From an uncultured Thermoplasmata archaeon (lineage in GTDB: Archaea; Thermoplasmatota; Thermoplasmata; UBA10834): 64,000 nt of DNA. Of this stretch, positions 44,646 through 54,420 are shown in pieces. The notes beneath the pieces are model-generated. The model did no database searches and was not told where the DNA came from. It saw only the letters and a program-made list of their open reading frames with translations. The position numbers and the translations under genes were made by a program. How positions within the stretch are numbered: position 1 is the first letter of the stretch; each line of letters opens with the position of its first letter. The stretch covers positions 96,001 through 160,000 of the forward strand of contig CAVRDX010000001.1 of NCBI GenBank assembly GCA_963719945.1, given 5' to 3'.

Positions 44646-46118
44646 TTATGAGTTCGCGGGGGTCATCAGAGGATAATCGTCCTGGACTCTCCATGCTATC
44701 AAATATGGGGTGTCGCCGATTCCGTCTTCATCTTCGTCTAAGCCCTCATAATCTGACCAGTAGTTGCCTCTGCCAATCGTCTCATTGCTGAATGATGAGG
44801 TATAGAGATATGCACTACAATCTGCAGAATCCGCGTTGTCAATGAAGTCATTGAGGAATACTTCTAGTCTGTCGGTAGCAGACCCCATGGACGCCATGAT
44901 TCCGTATCCATTACCTCGAAGAGTGTTTCCTGTGACCGTGATATTCCCCCCAAGTGCCATGATACCTGCTCCATTGTCCCGCAGAGTGTTCCCATTGATT
45001 ACGATACGCTCTCCGTCAGTCATAAGGCCAGAGGCGCAATCACAAATCGAATTCTCCATTATTGTCACGTTCGCAGAATCATCCACATTCACCCCATCGA
45101 TGCAGGATGTGATCTGGTTATGTTTGATGGCAACGTTCGTGCATCCGTGTATAAAAACGCGGGCGTTTTCTATCATGCTGGATTCAATCGTGACACGGGT
45201 CGACTCCCTAGCTATGATGCCACCGGTGAACACAGCATTGGAGAGGGCACATTCAACGATTTCACAGTCACGAACCTTCATCAAATAGATGCATGTTGAG
45301 ACACTAGATATCTCCAATCCTGATATGCTCGCATTATTGCAGTTGAGCAGAATCAATTGCCCCACTTGTTCGCTGTAGAGTCTGAATTGAGAATGATTCT
45401 CGAAGAAGTATAGGGGCCTTCCATTTACGGTATTGTCTAGGGGTATATTCAATCCAGAAGAATTAGGCCCTATAGGTATCTCATATTCGTCAAATTCGAG
45501 GCCGCTGCCTTCAAATCTATTCCCAGAAATCGTGACATTCGCAAAATCGGATCCAATGATTCTTATCCCGATCTTCATTGATATCGATGGCAAGTACTCT
45601 ACGCTCCCGTTATCGAAGCTGTTCTCCTCGATGAGTACCGAATCAATGTTGCTGATCGACATGCCCGTGAAGCATGATGTCACCCTGTTTCTTATGATGG
45701 AGCACCTGATGCTATCATGCACGCCAATCCCCTCATAATGACCGATTATCATCGAATTCTCTACCCTTCCATTAGATACATTCTTGAGCAGTATCCCCGC
45801 AATGTTGAGCCCCTCTAATGAAACGTTTCTCACAACGAAGTGCGCCAAAGTTTCCTTTATTAAAATACCTGCTGCTTCAAGGCCGTATTCAATTCCGGAG
45901 GAGTCGATTCTCCACCCTTCAATGATGTACGGGTCTTTCTCAGTTCCCGATCCAGTTGTTACTCCGTTCTCTTCTGTGAATTCTTCATCGCTCGTAATGA
46001 TGATTGGGTCATGCTTGCGCTCGGAGTCAAAATAGCCCGAATAGAGAAGGACCGAGAAAACTGAAACTGAGGAAACTGCGATGACTAGAATCAGGGCGAC
46101 AAGCTTCCTCCGCTCCAT
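44646..46118 (-). CDS. Membrane-anchored NosD/CASH parallel beta-helix protein (cassette 2)
   Basis: N-terminal TM, GSGTEKDPYIIEGW, Asn-ladder repeats, GNYWSDY..D.DGIGDTPY. Confidence 0.85.
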   Translation of the reverse strand: MERRKLVALILVIAVSSVSVFSVLLYSGYFDSERKHDPIIITSDEEFTEENGVTTGSGTEKDPYIIEGWRIDSSGIEYGLEAAGILIKETLAHFVVRNVSLEGLNIAGILLKNVSNGRVENSMIIGHYEGIGVHDSIRCSIIRNRVTSCFTGMSISNIDSVLIEENSFDNGSVEYLPSISMKIGIRIIGSDFANVTISGNRFEGSGLEFDEYEIPIGPNSSGLNIPLDNTVNGRPLYFFENHSQFRLYSEQVGQLILLNCNNASISGLEISSVSTCIYLMKVRDCEIVECALSNAVFTGGIIARESTRVTIESSMIENARVFIHGCTNVAIKHNQITSCIDGVNVDDSANVTIMENSICDCASGLMTDGERIVINGNTLRDNGAGIMALGGNITVTGNTLRGNGYGIMASMGSATDRLEVFLNDFIDNADSADCSAYLYTSSFSNETIGRGNYWSDYEGLDEDEDGIGDTPYLIAWRVQDDYPLMTPANS

Positions 46119-46209
46119 CCTGGGTCCACCATGAGCCTTAAGACAGCACTGTGATATCAATATTATCTCTATCTCAGGGGAATCTTGTCAGCTAGTCACC
46201 CCCGTGTAA

Positions 46210-46323
46210 TTCTTTACCATCAACGAATTCAGGAAACTCATGATTCGCGTTTAGCTTTGAAGTTTATAGCTGGCAGTATTAATTAGGGGTAAATTCCAGG
46301 CTGAAATCCGGGCCCTCGCACAT
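46210..46323 (+). repeat. att-like repeat R2
   Basis: 114-bp copy; 46304-46331 is identical to tRNA end plus flank 43178-43205. Confidence 0.95.
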
Positions 46324-46348
46324 TATTATTCATAATGATGGATGATTG

Positions 46349-47209
46349 TCAAGTTGTTCGATGGCTCGCTGCACCGTGTGCTCGCTTGGGTGATTTGATC
46401 CGATGGGGTCGCACCTTTCTGTCGACCACTATCTGATTGTTCTTTTCGAGATAGTCTAGGCACTCTCTGATAAATGCAGGGGTTTCCCTCAATTCGGTTG
46501 AGAGTCCATCGACCGAGTTCATCCCCTTGTCAATTAGTGTGAGCAACCGCTGGGCACCCATCTTCAATTCCGCTCTTGTCTTCAGTGCTCGTTTCCAGGG
46601 GACTTTCACACCGTATCTCCTTTCCATCTCATCGAGCTTCGTGAGAAGGAACGCCTCCCAGATGCTGCTCTTTCTCAGCCCTTCGGGATCAGTCTGATTA
46701 TCGCACTCCTCTAGGATGATATCGCGGCTCAATCCTTTTCTGAACAACGCGATCATGTCGTCAAGGTCTCTTGATCTCTCAGTTACGCTCTTGAGCAGGA
46801 ATATATCTTCTCGCGAACAAATATACAGAACAAGTTCTCCCCATTCGTCAACCCGCTCTGCTCTTCGAATCATCCCTTCGGAGAGCCTTAGTTTGTTACA
46901 GATCCTTTCGGCGAAGATGTCGGCTCGCACCCCTCCTGAAGCGGACAATATTGTCGCGTCTACAAGTGCGTGACATTCCTGTGGATGCCTGGTATTGACA
47001 TCGAATCCTAGCGATTCGAAAGCTCTCTTGAGTTCCTGCGCTTCAAGCGATGATCGCACTATCAGATCCAAGTCCTTGGTAGCATCCTTCTCGCCTCTGA
47101 GCGCCATTGCTCCACCTCCCACCAAGTAGACTTGGATTCTCATGCTGCAGATATTCCCGACCTTCTCCATTATTGAAAGGACCTCTGATTTGCTGATTTG
47201 GGCCGGCAT
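46349..47209 (-). CDS. Nucleotidyltransferase (DUF6036/AbiEii-like) with C-terminal HTH (cassette 3)
   Basis: VGGGAM...KDATKDLD, LLK...R.RDLDD. Confidence 0.7.
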   Translation of the reverse strand: MPAQISKSEVLSIMEKVGNICSMRIQVYLVGGGAMALRGEKDATKDLDLIVRSSLEAQELKRAFESLGFDVNTRHPQECHALVDATILSASGGVRADIFAERICNKLRLSEGMIRRAERVDEWGELVLYICSREDIFLLKSVTERSRDLDDMIALFRKGLSRDIILEECDNQTDPEGLRKSSIWEAFLLTKLDEMERRYGVKVPWKRALKTRAELKMGAQRLLTLIDKGMNSVDGLSTELRETPAFIRECLDYLEKNNQIVVDRKVRPHRIKSPKRAHGAASHRTT

Positions 47210-47212
47210 CGT

Positions 47213-48133
47213 TCACTTCACCCCATATTGTATTCGTAATTCCTGCATATCCGACCTGCTAGGGAATAGCAGGTTCTCGACGTCTTCACCATCGAGGTAT
47301 TTTATCATCAGTTCGGATAGTTCCCCCACCCCCATCGCATCTCCTTGTCTACGTAGGTATCCTGACCTGTAGCCACTCTTGAACAGGAAGAGCAAGCTGT
47401 ATGCGATGCCTCTTGAGCTGCTTGGATCTATCAGGATGTTGTGGAGGGCGATATCCTCTGGTTTCAGACTCGGTCGCCAGTATGCATAGTGGTAATACTT
47501 CGTATCCGAAATGAACTGAAGTCCGCGTTGCGACATTGCTGTTACCCCAGTGCTGCGAATTCCAGATGTGTCTTTCAACTCTCGGGACGCGAATATAAAC
47601 TGAAGCCCTTCGCACCAGAGTATCCTCCCTGCCGAGGTGATGTCATCGAGGACCGCGGCGCACGCTCCTCTGGAGAAGTCCTGTAGAAATCGTGTTAGTA
47701 TCTTGTCTGATTGAGGAATCGAAATCACATCGCCATCCTGGACAACTGCTGCAAATCCTTTCAATGCCCAGACGATTCTGCGAACAGATTCTGGAGCAAG
47801 TCGCGTTTCAGTTGCGATTCTTCCGAGCGTCTTTTGATTACTTGAGGCCGAGAGCATGACGAGGAGCCTGGAACCAATCAGTGGTTCGATTGCACGAGAA
47901 TTTCCTTCTAGATATGTTGCCAGTGCTTTTGAGTGACCATGCGAGCTTATGAAGATTATATTGATCTTCCCTTCTCTCCGACTTGTCACAAGCTTCTTTG
48001 ACGATAGAGACTGGATTATTCTGTAGATTGAGATATTCGATAGGCCCGTATCTTCTATTAATGCAGCTGCTGATACATGACCATCGCATACTGACTTGAA
48101 TACTCGGAGTTCATTCTTGTTTAGAATATACAT
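47213..48133 (-). CDS. wHTH transcriptional regulator / putative antitoxin (cassette 3)
   Basis: HTH pattern TGLSNISIYRIIQSL..KKLV; likely start MYILNK at 48133; palindrome TCAATATTGA at 48172-81 upstream. Confidence 0.65.
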   Translation of the reverse strand: MYILNKNELRVFKSVCDGHVSAAALIEDTGLSNISIYRIIQSLSSKKLVTSRREGKINIIFISSHGHSKALATYLEGNSRAIEPLIGSRLLVMLSASSNQKTLGRIATETRLAPESVRRIVWALKGFAAVVQDGDVISIPQSDKILTRFLQDFSRGACAAVLDDITSAGRILWCEGLQFIFASRELKDTSGIRSTGVTAMSQRGLQFISDTKYYHYAYWRPSLKPEDIALHNILIDPSSSRGIAYSLLFLFKSGYRSGYLRRQGDAMGVGELSELMIKYLDGEDVENLLFPSRSDMQELRIQYGVK

Positions 48134-48327
48134 TGTGTGCAATAATTGATTGTTCATATATATAGAATTTATCAATATTGACACAAATGTTGCGGTTCAA
48201 TGAATATCAAAGCGTCGTGATATCCCTTCATCTTCTGCCGCTAGAGTACCAGGGTAGCAATCATCAAGGTCCATTCCATTTTGAACTCAGCTTGACAATA
48301 TGACTCTGGAATAATCTGATATCCTAT

Positions 48328-48441
48328 TTCTTTGCCATCAAAAAATTCGGAGAAATCAAGGATCGCATTTGGCTTCGAAGATTCTAGCTGGCAGTTTTAA
48401 TTAGGGGTAAATTCCGGGTCATAATCCGGGCCCTCGCACAT
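48328..48441 (+). repeat. att-like repeat R3
   Basis: 114-bp copy with intact core. Confidence 0.95.
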
Positions 48442-48697
48442 TTTAATTTCAAAGATGGGATTTATGTGCAAATCAACACCCTGCACTTCGGTATTCTCAC
48501 AAGCCCATTGACATGCCACCTTGTTTGAAGGATGTTGACCATCTATCTCTCTGAGGTTGCGTACCTGATCAGAGGTATTGGACAGTGGAGCGAGCAATCT
48601 CGGGCGGTATAGTCCATATGATGTGCCTGCGGCGTTTGACATGTCGCGGAAAATCTTCTATAGCTGCAAGAGCCATTGGGTTGAGGGAGGTTCGTCT

Positions 48698-49333
48698 GTG
48701 AATGCTGAACGCGCTTCGCCAGTTGAGGGACCGGAACGCAATTGGTCGACTCGGAAGAAGATATATGTGATTGTGATTGTCACAGCAGTCATAGCGTCCT
48801 TCTCAATGTGGTCTTTCTACGAATTCTACCTGGAGGAGCAAAGAGTTGCAGGGTTCGACTCTTATGTGAAGATCAGCTACACCGTTTCTATCGCATGCAA
48901 TTCCTCCGATCAATACAGGGTTCTCTGCCCGTTGCCTGTCGATTCAGAGGGGTGTGTTTGGCCCCTAACTCAGGGATATCTATATGTCACTGGAAATTCG
49001 ACCACGAGTATTGCGATGACAGAGTATGGTGAAGCCCTTGAAATCACAGGCAGTGGCGTCACAATAATCACCATGAATATTCGCTCGACGCTCACTGATC
49101 CTTTTGAGAACCTGACTCGCTACTGGCACCTCAGCTTGATGGAATCCAACACGGAATTGGGGTTTCGTGCGAATCTGTATTCTGACCACGAAGATGTGTT
49201 GTTTGGGCTGGTGTTCGACTATGACTTTGTCTACGGCAACTGTGGAGCGAACTTCATCGGTGATGAGTGCATAGGCAGTCTGAACAATGGGTGGAACACA
49301 TTATCTGTTGATCATAGTGGGGGAGTCGCCTGA
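48698..49333 (+). CDS. Membrane-anchored exported hypothetical protein (cassette 4)
   Basis: GTG start after GGAGG; RKK then one TM; beta-rich ectodomain. Confidence 0.6.
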   Translation: MNAERASPVEGPERNWSTRKKIYVIVIVTAVIASFSMWSFYEFYLEEQRVAGFDSYVKISYTVSIACNSSDQYRVLCPLPVDSEGCVWPLTQGYLYVTGNSTTSIAMTEYGEALEITGSGVTIITMNIRSTLTDPFENLTRYWHLSLMESNTELGFRANLYSDHEDVLFGLVFDYDFVYGNCGANFIGDECIGSLNNGWNTLSVDHSGGVA

Positions 49334-49417
49334 TCATTGAATTCTAGGTCTATGTCCATGAACTCCAAGGGAGTTCCGAAGAAGTAATATCTCTCCGCCT
49401 ATGTTCTCGCCTGTCGA

Positions 49418-49531
49418 TTTTCTACCATCAAAGAATTCGGAGAATTCACGGATCGCATTCGGTTTTGAAGATTATAGCTGGCAGTTTTAATTAGGGGTAA
49501 ATTCTGGGCTATAATCCGGGCCCTCGCACAT
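49418..49531 (+). repeat. att-like repeat R4
   Basis: 114-bp copy with intact core. Confidence 0.95.
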
Positions 49532-49753
49532 TATTATTTATGAACCGGGATTCAAAGGTGGCCCAAAACTGCGTATTCGTTACGATTATTTCCAGGACCA
49601 GCTAATCTGGCGTGGTCGATTAGGTGACAATGGCATGATAAATATGCTTACAACAGTCTTCTGATGGTCTGAAATATTTATTTAGTATGATATGTTACGA
49701 TGCCTGCCCAGCAGTGATGGGGGGTTTTGCTTCACTGCTAAAGGAGAGATTCT

Positions 49754-50953
49754 ATGGAGCCTGGAAGTACAGGATTTATGCTTGTGGCAACGAGCCTTGT
49801 CATGCTGATGACGCCTGGCTTGGCTTTTTTCTATGGTGGACTTGTTGGACGAAAGAATGTGCTCACAATAATGATGCAGAGCTTTGTATCGATGGGGGTT
49901 ACGACAATCATCTGGGTCACAGTCGGATTCTCGCTGTGTTTCAGTGGTGATGTAGGCGGGATTATCGGGAATCTCGATAATGCGTTTCTAATGGGGCTTG
50001 ACTTGAACACTCCGTTCACTGCAGATATCCCGGTATTCGTCTTTATCGCATACCAAATGATGTTTGCTGTCATTACGCCTGCTCTGATCACTGGCGCGTT
50101 CGCTAACAGGGTCAAATTCCCAGCTTATCTCATATTCCTGGTGGCATGGTTGCTACTGGTCTACTTCCCAATGGCCCACATGATATGGGGCGGTGGTATC
50201 CTTGCTCAATGGGGCGTTCTCGATTTCGCAGGTGGTATCGCAGTCCACGCCATCGCGGGTATGGCCGCTCTCGCATCCGTTTTCTTTGTCGGCGCGAGAA
50301 AGGACAAGCCTTCTGGTCCTCATAGCATCCCATTGGTTGCGCTCGGCACGGGGCTTCTGTGGTTCGGCTGGTATGGATTCAATGCTGGTAGCGAGCTGAG
50401 AGTGGATGAGGTAACGGTCACTGCATTCCTGAACACCGATATCGCAGCGTCCTTCGCAGCGATATCATGGCTTATCTTGGCTTGGACTCTTGAGAAGAAG
50501 CCGAAATTCCTTGGGCTGCTCACGGGCGCGGTCGCAGGGCTGGCGACGATAACTCCTGCTGCGGGGTTCGTGACTCCGCAGGCTGCGATGGTCATCGGTC
50601 TTTTGGCGGGTGTGATATGCTACTTTGCTGTGGCGCTGAAGAACAAGAGGCATTGGGATGATGCTCTCGATGTATGGGGCGTTCACGGTGTCGGTGGCAT
50701 TGTCGGAGTGGTCTGTCTAGGATTATTCGCAACGCTGGAAGTCAACAGCGCGGGTGCGAACGGTCTGTTCTATGGCGACGCTCGCTTCTTCGCGGTCGAG
50801 ATAGTCGCGGTTGTCATCGCTTCCGTGTATGCCTTCGTATTCACATACATAATGCTGCACGTGATTAACAAGATCACGCCTGTCAGAGTGAGCGATGCGG
50901 ATGAACTGACTGGTCTGGACCAGACGGAGCACGGTGAGGAAGCGTACGTGTGA
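49754..50953 (+). CDS. amt: Ammonium transporter (cassette 5)
   Basis: MTPGLAFFYGG, DFAGG..VH, WFGWYGFNAGS, DDALDV..VHG. Confidence 0.97.
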   Translation: MEPGSTGFMLVATSLVMLMTPGLAFFYGGLVGRKNVLTIMMQSFVSMGVTTIIWVTVGFSLCFSGDVGGIIGNLDNAFLMGLDLNTPFTADIPVFVFIAYQMMFAVITPALITGAFANRVKFPAYLIFLVAWLLLVYFPMAHMIWGGGILAQWGVLDFAGGIAVHAIAGMAALASVFFVGARKDKPSGPHSIPLVALGTGLLWFGWYGFNAGSELRVDEVTVTAFLNTDIAASFAAISWLILAWTLEKKPKFLGLLTGAVAGLATITPAAGFVTPQAAMVIGLLAGVICYFAVALKNKRHWDDALDVWGVHGVGGIVGVVCLGLFATLEVNSAGANGLFYGDARFFAVEIVAVVIASVYAFVFTYIMLHVINKITPVRVSDADELTGLDQTEHGEEAYV

Positions 50954-51105
50954 AACCGTGCGGAACCAGCGTAGTGGGCGAGGCCAAATCTGGTTCAACA
51001 AACCTTTTTCGCTGTTTCAATTGCTCCTCGAGTTTGAATGGGGATCACTAGTTCTATTTTTGATGGCGGTCCAGGAGAAAGCATGAGTTACTACATTGCA
51101 TCGTG

Positions 51106-51765
51106 TCACTTCTCTACCCTTTCTCCGGTCTTCATATAGACCGTCCGTTCAGCGATGTTACATGCATGATCAGCTATCCTCTCAAGATATCTCGCAACGA
51201 ACTGATAGTTCATCCCCATCGTGATGTTCGCAGAGTTCTCCATCATGTATATCAGAACTTCTCGGAATATCTCATCGTACAGAGAGTCGACCCTGTCTTC
51301 AAGGATGAAGACCTCTTCTGTCTTATCCAGGTCTCCCTCGAGGAATGATTCGACGGCTAGGTCGACCATGGATACGGCCATCTCTGATATCCTGGGTATG
51401 CTTACGAGCACTTTGAAATGGCGAAGGTTAGATGCCTTTGCTCTCTCCGTTATCTCTGCGATATCTTTCGCGTACCTCACGATCCTGTCGAAGTCGGTGG
51501 TGATCTTCAGGCTCGTGGTCACATATCTGAGATCACCGGCAACTGGTGCGTGCAAGGCGATTATCTTGACAATCTCCTTCTCAGTCTTGACGAGAATCTC
51601 ATACGCCTTTTCGTCCAACTCTCTGACCCTCTCAACGAGCGAGAGGTCCAGATCCTCAAAGGATTTAGCAGCCAGGGTTATGGCCTCTCGGGCCATGGAT
51701 CCCATCATGTTCATTCTCTCTCCGAGCTCATTCAGCTCATCTTGATATGCTTTCCTCGGCGACAT
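51106..51765 (-). CDS. phoU: Phosphate signalling protein PhoU (cassette 5)
   Basis: PVAGDLR, LERIADHA.NIAE. Confidence 0.92.
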   Translation of the reverse strand: MSPRKAYQDELNELGERMNMMGSMAREAITLAAKSFEDLDLSLVERVRELDEKAYEILVKTEKEIVKIIALHAPVAGDLRYVTTSLKITTDFDRIVRYAKDIAEITERAKASNLRHFKVLVSIPRISEMAVSMVDLAVESFLEGDLDKTEEVFILEDRVDSLYDEIFREVLIYMMENSANITMGMNYQFVARYLERIADHACNIAERTVYMKTGERVEK

Positions 51766-51769
51766 GTTA

Positions 51770-52537
51770 TCACCCGAACCTCCCTGTAATGTATCTCTCT
51801 GTCAACTCTTCTTCTGGATTCTCGAATAGTCTCTTTGTCTTGTTGAACTCTATCAGTTCTCCAAGATACATGAATGCCGTCCAATCGGCCACACGTGCTG
51901 CCTGTTGCATGTTGTGTGTGACTATGATGACCGTGTAATCATTCTTCAAGTCGAATATGAGATCCTCTATCTTGGAAGTGGCAATGGGATCCAACGCGGA
52001 GCACGGCTCGTCCATGAGAAGTACCTCTGGTTCTATTGCCATGGCGCGCGCAATGCACAATCTCTGCTGTTGTCCCCCCGATATGCTAACACCTGAAGCG
52101 TCCAAGTTATTCTTCACCTCGTCCCAAAGAGCCGCTTGCTTTAAACTTCTCTCGACCTGCTCCTCTATGAACGCCTTATCTCTGATGCCGTTCATTCTCA
52201 GTCCGTAGGCGACATTATCGAATATCGATGCGTTGGGGAACGGGTTCGGTTTCTGGAAAACCATTCCGACTCGTCTCCTGACATCGACTGGATTGGTCCC
52301 TCTCGAATAGATATCCTCTCCATCGAGCAACACCTCTCCGGTCACCCTCGCCCCTGGAACGATCTCATGCATCCTATTCAAGCATCTGATGAACGTCGAC
52401 TTGCCGCACCCCGACGGTCCTATGATTGCTGTTGCACGGTTTGCCTTGACCTTGATGTTGATTCCTTTGACTGCCTTGTTCGAGCCGAAGTATGCGTCGA
52501 GTTCTCTTGTCTCTATCTTCGCTGACGATTCTCCCAT
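51770..52537 (-). CDS. pstB: Phosphate ABC transporter ATPase
   Basis: [32 protein letters not shown]. Confidence 0.97.
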   Translation of the reverse strand: MGESSAKIETRELDAYFGSNKAVKGINIKVKANRATAIIGPSGCGKSTFIRCLNRMHEIVPGARVTGEVLLDGEDIYSRGTNPVDVRRRVGMVFQKPNPFPNASIFDNVAYGLRMNGIRDKAFIEEQVERSLKQAALWDEVKNNLDASGVSISGGQQQRLCIARAMAIEPEVLLMDEPCSALDPIATSKIEDLIFDLKNDYTVIIVTHNMQQAARVADWTAFMYLGELIEFNKTKRLFENPEEELTERYITGRFG

Positions 52538-52540
52538 GTG

Positions 52541-53404
52541 TCAATGCCTCCTCTTAAACAGATGTCTGCCTCCATGGGCAATTATCCTCACTGTGATGTT
52601 CAGACCAAGTACGAGCAATATCAGGAATGCGCTCGCTCCCCACGCTAGATCGTGCCAGTTATCGAAAGGAGATATTGCGAATTGGTAGATCAGCACGGGC
52701 ATCGATGCCATCGGCTGGGACAAGGTCGTTGGGTAGAACACGGTCCATCCGACAGTGAGCAGCAATGGTGCAGATTCTCCCGTTATCCGTGCAATGGACA
52801 GCATTATGCCAGTTATGATGCCTGGTTTGCCATTCGAAAGAACAACCTTCCTTATCGTTGCGGAACGGCTAACTCCCAGGGATAGCGATGCTTCCCTGAG
52901 CGATGTCGGCACAAGCTTGAGCGCCTCCTCGGTCGTCCTTGCGACGACTGGTATCATAATGATCGAGAGTGCCAATCCTCCTGCGAATGCATTCGGGCCT
53001 CCGAGGGAAACCACCAGGACGAGATAGGCGAATATACCGATGATTATGGATGGGAAACCAGCAAGCACATCCATGACGAAACGGACGATCCTTCCGAACA
53101 AGTTGTCTCCATATTCTGACACGAATATACCAGATACGATTCCGATTGGGATTCCAATCAACGAACCGATTCCAATGGCTGCCAAGGTGCCGACAATGGC
53201 CGGTCCTATCCCTCCGACCTCATCGCTCCCTGGTGGTGGTATGGTTCCTGTCAGAAACTCGAATGAGAACTGCGGCAACCCTTTGATCAGCACATCCACG
53301 AGTATGCTTACTAGCGGGACCAGAGCAGCGATGACGCACGCGACCGCTGCGAGCGTTGCCAGTCTGTCCTTTATCATCCTCTTTCGGAAGCCCTTGGAGT
53401 TCAT
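52541..53404 (-). CDS. pstA: Phosphate ABC transporter permease PstA
   Basis: PSIIIG, ARITGESAPLL; ATGA overlap with pstC. Confidence 0.95.
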   Translation of the reverse strand: MNSKGFRKRMIKDRLATLAAVACVIAALVPLVSILVDVLIKGLPQFSFEFLTGTIPPPGSDEVGGIGPAIVGTLAAIGIGSLIGIPIGIVSGIFVSEYGDNLFGRIVRFVMDVLAGFPSIIIGIFAYLVLVVSLGGPNAFAGGLALSIIMIPVVARTTEEALKLVPTSLREASLSLGVSRSATIRKVVLSNGKPGIITGIMLSIARITGESAPLLLTVGWTVFYPTTLSQPMASMPVLIYQFAISPFDNWHDLAWGASAFLILLVLGLNITVRIIAHGGRHLFKRRH

Positions 53405-54420
53405 TCGACTCTGACCCTCCCCACCTTCGTCACTCGACTGAGCAAGATTCGACCAGCCACATTTATCGCTAGCATGAGTACAAACAGTACAAGCCCTACT
53501 CCAATCAGTGCGGATTGTTGAACTGTTCCGGATGGTGCCTCCCACCAGTTGGTCGCGATGAGGCTGGATAGGGTCTGTCCTGGATCGAGAAGTGACCACG
53601 AGAATGAATTCACATTTCCTATGACCATGGTGACCGCCATGGTCTCTCCGACTGCTCTTCCAAGCCCCAGTACGGCAGCTCCGAATATTCCTGATCGTGC
53701 ATAGCTAATAGCGACTGTTCCGATCATCTCGTATCTTGTCGCTCCCAATGCCAATGCAGCTTCCTTCTGGGATGTTGGCACTGCCTTGAGTGCATCCCTT
53801 GAAATCGCTGAGATGGTAGGTATTATCATTATTGCCAGAATCACGGCTGCGCTCAGCTTGTCTATCCCGAAAGTCCTTCCTTCGAAGAACGGCAGGAAGC
53901 CCAAGCTTCCTTGGAGGAACGGTTCCACCTGACCCCTCATGAACCCTCTTAGCGTGAATATCCCCCAGATGCCGAAGACGACGCTGGGAACGGCTGCGAG
54001 CATCTCTACGAGGAATCCCAATGGCGTGCCGATCCATTTGGGTGCGATCTCGGAGATGAATATTGCAATCCCCACGCTGATGGGGACTGCTATCATCATC
54101 GCCACAGCGGATGTGTAGAGTGTCCCACCGATGAACGGAAGCGCTCCAAATACCCCTTGATTAAAACTCCATGTGCTCCCTGTGAAGAATTTGTACCCCA
54201 TCGAATCCAGCACCGGAAAGGCTCCCTCGATGAGGTAGCCTACGACCCAAGCGAATATCGCGACAGCTGAGAATGCGAGGATCCCACAGAATAGCTGGAA
54301 CCGGCCGTCCGAGGTCAGGATGAGCTGGTTCAATGTCTCCTTCAACCCATCCATTCTAGCAGACGGAGGATTCCGGCCATTATGGGCTGAATCATTGGGG
54401 CCGCCTTCTTCACTATTCAT
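53401..54420 (-). CDS. pstC: Phosphate ABC transporter permease PstC
   Basis: PSVVFGIWG, GRAVGETMAV. Confidence 0.95.
   Translation of the reverse strand: MNSEEGGPNDSAHNGRNPPSARMDGLKETLNQLILTSDGRFQLFCGILAFSAVAIFAWVVGYLIEGAFPVLDSMGYKFFTGSTWSFNQGVFGALPFIGGTLYTSAVAMMIAVPISVGIAIFISEIAPKWIGTPLGFLVEMLAAVPSVVFGIWGIFTLRGFMRGQVEPFLQGSLGFLPFFEGRTFGIDKLSAAVILAIMIIPTISAISRDALKAVPTSQKEAALALGATRYEMIGTVAISYARSGIFGAAVLGLGRAVGETMAVTMVIGNVNSFSWSLLDPGQTLSSLIATNWWEAPSGTVQQSALIGVGLVLFVLMLAINVAGRILLSRVTKVGRVRVE

Noticed and set aside
48397-48642. ORFs running through repeats (also 57883-58209, 59382-59666) as SSV-type split-integrase fragments
   Set aside because: No recombinase motifs, and the antisense-tRNA frame stops right after the core.
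51057-51067. Inverted 11-bp match to the arm start between amt and phoU
   Set aside because: Too short and low-complexity to call a degenerate repeat.
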